A DNA stretch of 64,000 bases, taken from assembly GCA_963813025.1 (NCBI GenBank), contig CAWEXO010000013.1:690315-754314 (forward strand), given 5' to 3'. This document shows positions 61,257 through 64,000 of the stretch, piece after piece. The first letter of the stretch is position 1, and each line of letters begins with the position of its first letter. The translations under genes were made by a program, and so were the position numbers. The notes below the pieces were generated by a model. The model searched no databases. It had not been told where the DNA came from and saw only the letters and a list, made by a program, of their open reading frames with translations. This DNA comes from an uncultured Verrucomicrobiae bacterium. Its GTDB lineage: Bacteria > Verrucomicrobiota > Verrucomicrobiia > Chthoniobacterales > JAFAMB01.

Positions 61257-63449
61257 TCATCCTCCATGGCCTTCTGCGATGACCGGCAGCGAGAAATGCA
61301 CACACGCGCCGCCACCCTGGGCATTCGCCGCAGCCAACTCGCCGCCGTGCGACGCGATGATTGAATGCGCGATGGCGAGGCCCATGCCCATCCCGTCGCG
61401 CTTGGTTGAAAAGAACCGCTCGAAAATTCGCAGGGGATCTTCCGCGGGCAGCCCGGTGCCGAAATCGCGCACGCTCACTCGCACCCGACCGCCGAATTCG
61501 CGCTCACTGCGGATGATCATGCGACGCTCGGCGGCCGGCGTATTGCGCATCGCTTCAAGGGCATTCACAACGAGGTTGAGCAGCACTTGCTGGAGCTGCA
61601 CCAGATCTGCTTCAACCAACGGCAACTTCGGATCGATCTCCGTGACCAGCGCGCAGCGGTGTCCGAGCGCGTCCGAGCGGGCGAACCGCAGCACACTGCC
61701 GATGGCGTCGTTGAGGTTCACGGGGCCGCGGACTTCCTCGCCTTTGCGCACCATACCACGAATGCCCCGGATAATCTCACCCGCCCGGTGCCCGTCCGCG
61801 ACGACGGCTTCGAATAGGGCATCGAGTTTCGGCAGCTCCGCACGCCCCTTGGCGATGAAACGTCGGCCAGCGCTGGCGTTGTTTACGATGCCGGTCAGCG
61901 GCTGGTTAAGCTCGTGCGCCAGCGCTCCGGCCATTTCTCCCATGAGTCCGACGCGGCTGAGGTGCGCGAGCTCTTCGCGGTGCTGCCGTGCTTCCGCTTC
62001 GGCCCGCTTGCGGGCGGAGATATCCACGATGACGCTCAAAACCAGCGCGCCTTCCTGGCTTTGGATGGGGCTGATCCCGATCTCGACCGGGAACTCGGTC
62101 CCGTCCTTCCGCCGGGCGAAGACCTCCAGGCCGGCCCCCGCGGCCCGGGCGGCAGGGGCGGCATGAAGGTCGACCCCATGAGTAGGGCGCTCACTGCGGA
62201 ACCGTTCCGGCACGAGGAGTTCGATGCGTTGTCCGGTGAGTTCATCGCGTCCATAACCAAACATCTTTTCCACGCGGGCGTTCACCAGCACGATGTGACC
62301 TTGCGCGTCGAACAGAACGATACCGTCCGGAGAAGATTCTACAACGAGCCGGAACCGGTCCTGCGCCTGCTTCTGCGCGGTCACATCCAGCGAGACTTCA
62401 AGGAGCCGGAGGCCTTTGGCGTCCCCAACCTTCATACAGTGCCCCCGCGCGTCGATCCAACGCTGCGTCCCATCCGGCAACAGCACCCGATATTCCATGT
62501 TGTATTCACCCTGGGTATCGATCGCGCGCCTGATCGCCGCCTCTCGAGCTACTCGGTCATCGGAATGTATCCGCGTGATCAGCTTCGCATAGTCCAGGCG
62601 TGTGTCCGGTGCGAAGGCAAACAAAGCGCGTCCTTTATCCGTCATCCAAACCTCATCTTTCAACACATCCCACGCCCACATGGCCAGGTTGGCGGCATCA
62701 GTCGCGAGGGCCATCTGCTCCCGGGTCTCGCGTAGTTCATCCGACAGCCACGAGGCGCGGAACACATCCTGGCTCAGTTCGTAGCCCATCACCGCCACGA
62801 TCGACATATAGAACAAGCTCGCTGTGATTGGCACATGAATGATTCCCCAGAGCACCAGGCTCGCCTGCCCTGCTCCTGCCAAAACAAAGAAAACCATGCT
62901 GCCGCCGACCAACAGCGCCTGTCGCCGGTCACCCCGCCGCCAGACGGTGATCGCGGCATCCGCCACAAAGATCACCAGCAACAGCAGCCCCAACTGGCCG
63001 ATCAGCATCAATGGGTTCAGAACCCCCTCAGCGATAGCGACTCTTTCACCGAGAAAAGAGACGTGTCGAAGGCCGTTGATCTCCCGATAGTTGAGATTCG
63101 GGGTGCAAACAAAATTAAGGATCAGCGATAGCGTCCGTACGCCGCAGATCGTCCAGGCCAGCCATAAACGCCCAACCCGCAAATAGATCCGCACGAATCC
63201 GACGAGCGATAGGATCAGCACCCAGACGGGCACATGACCCCAGCGTAGCGCCAGGCCGAATGCTTCGGGCGTCTCCGCCCGCATCATCCACAACTCGCTC
63301 GCCCCCGAGCCTGCGGTCCCCACCGCCGTCAGCGCAAAAAGCAGATTGGCGCGCGCCCCAGGTCGGTGCCACCAGACCAGTACATGCACCACGCCCAGCG
63401 TGAGACAGGCGGATACGACCATCGCCCAAATGATCGTGACCCAGCTCAT
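61257..63449 (-). CDS. Membrane PAS-PAS sensor histidine kinase (FixL/NodV-like)
   Basis: About 6-7 N-terminal TMs, two PAS/PAC domains, AHELNQPL, LQQVLLNLVVNA, DFGTG, FFSTK, GMGMGL. Confidence 0.94.
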   Translation of the reverse strand: MSWVTIIWAMVVSACLTLGVVHVLVWWHRPGARANLLFALTAVGTAGSGASELWMMRAETPEAFGLALRWGHVPVWVLILSLVGFVRIYLRVGRLWLAWTICGVRTLSLILNFVCTPNLNYREINGLRHVSFLGERVAIAEGVLNPLMLIGQLGLLLLVIFVADAAITVWRRGDRRQALLVGGSMVFFVLAGAGQASLVLWGIIHVPITASLFYMSIVAVMGYELSQDVFRASWLSDELRETREQMALATDAANLAMWAWDVLKDEVWMTDKGRALFAFAPDTRLDYAKLITRIHSDDRVAREAAIRRAIDTQGEYNMEYRVLLPDGTQRWIDARGHCMKVGDAKGLRLLEVSLDVTAQKQAQDRFRLVVESSPDGIVLFDAQGHIVLVNARVEKMFGYGRDELTGQRIELLVPERFRSERPTHGVDLHAAPAARAAGAGLEVFARRKDGTEFPVEIGISPIQSQEGALVLSVIVDISARKRAEAEARQHREELAHLSRVGLMGEMAGALAHELNQPLTGIVNNASAGRRFIAKGRAELPKLDALFEAVVADGHRAGEIIRGIRGMVRKGEEVRGPVNLNDAIGSVLRFARSDALGHRCALVTEIDPKLPLVEADLVQLQQVLLNLVVNALEAMRNTPAAERRMIIRSEREFGGRVRVSVRDFGTGLPAEDPLRIFERFFSTKRDGMGMGLAIAHSIIASHGGELAAANAQGGGACVHFSLPVIAEGHGG

Positions 63450-63715
63450 GGCAACTCGATCGATTCAGTGTCGGGCAGTTTAAACATGATGAAATGGTTC
63501 CGAGTTCACATGGCCCTTTACTGGATTCGATTTGGGACGATGACCATTTACAAGGGTATATTTCTCTTTCCATCGGCCAGAACTCCTGCTCGCGACAGAT
63601 TAGCAGCAAAACACCTCGCGAGCCGGTTACATCGCCGGGCACTCTCCTAAATAAACGGCCGATAAATCTAACAGAAGTGATCTGGTTTAGACCAGCGAGA
63701 AAAAAGAGACCGGCG

Positions 63716-63735
63716 CATGGGCCTAAAGTACCATA
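63716..63735. promoter_or_regulatory. Box copy in reverse orientation (revcomp TATGGTACTTTAGGCCCATG)
   Basis: Lies between the kinase and the divergent + strand gene at 63869. Confidence 0.6.
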
Positions 63736-63868
63736 TCGGTGGCCGGTCAGGATTGATACACTTTTACTTCGACTAAGGGGTCTGGGGGCCTTTCGTGGAC
63801 CCGTGAACGAGAGGCTGCCAAATACCAAGGCTCCATACAAAGCAGTCTACAACTAAACAGCTACTCCT

Positions 63869-64000
63869 ATGAAAAGATTAATTGCCTTAGCCGTTGTGGC
63901 CCTCGCCTCACAAGCAGTTGTCTCCCTTGCCGGAGAACCAGTCATATCCTCGAAACAAGTTGTTCCGGCGCACCTTCGCCGCCGGTTTCATACTTCAGAG
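63869..64000 (+). CDS. Secreted protein, 3'-truncated by window edge (possible outer-membrane beta-barrel)
   Basis: MKRLIALAVVALASQAVVSLA|GEPVISSKQV signal peptide. Confidence 0.6.
   Translation, partial: MKRLIALAVVALASQAVVSLAGEPVISSKQVVPAHLRRRFHTSE

Noticed and set aside
59865..62735. Long plus-strand ORFs (499, 323, 314 and 273 aa)
   Set aside because: Antisense to the two-component genes, which have clear domain motifs.

Overview
Bacterial chromosomal window of about 58-60% GC (estimated by eye). Gene style suggests Verrucomicrobiota/Chthoniobacterales, which is an inference. The left two-thirds (1-41 kb) is mostly metabolic: a P-type ATPase, pyruvate kinase, a mycobacterial-type Sdh1 operon, a heavily frameshifted YtfQRT-YjfF-like sugar ABC locus with its LacI regulator, and a RAYT-like HUH/Y1 nuclease with two tandem arrays. 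It continues with TrmO, a Na+/H+ antiporter, a second sdhC whose sdhA is fused to a DASS transporter, a deleted IS3, isocitrate lyase, a PaoABC-MocA aldehyde oxidoreductase, a kinase plus divergent enolase pair, and tRNA-Ser(TGA). The right third (41.4-64 kb) is an accessory region: DUF1254, DUF4105, two hydrolases, MscS, arylsulfatase plus FGE, a duplicated lipoprotein and a FixL/FixJ-like two-component system. Most notable observations: (1) a 20-bp palindrome (TATTGGAC-N4-GTCCAATA) repeated at least 8 times upstream of genes across the accessory region, a candidate regulon of the local two-component system; (2) a RAYT-like gene bracketed by inverted GGGACAGGTCC motifs amplified into tandem arrays; (3) a kinase coupled to an enolase with altered substrate-binding residues; (4) at least six genes collapsed by internal deletions that keep both ends. 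Many single-base frameshifts may be long-read errors rather than biology.
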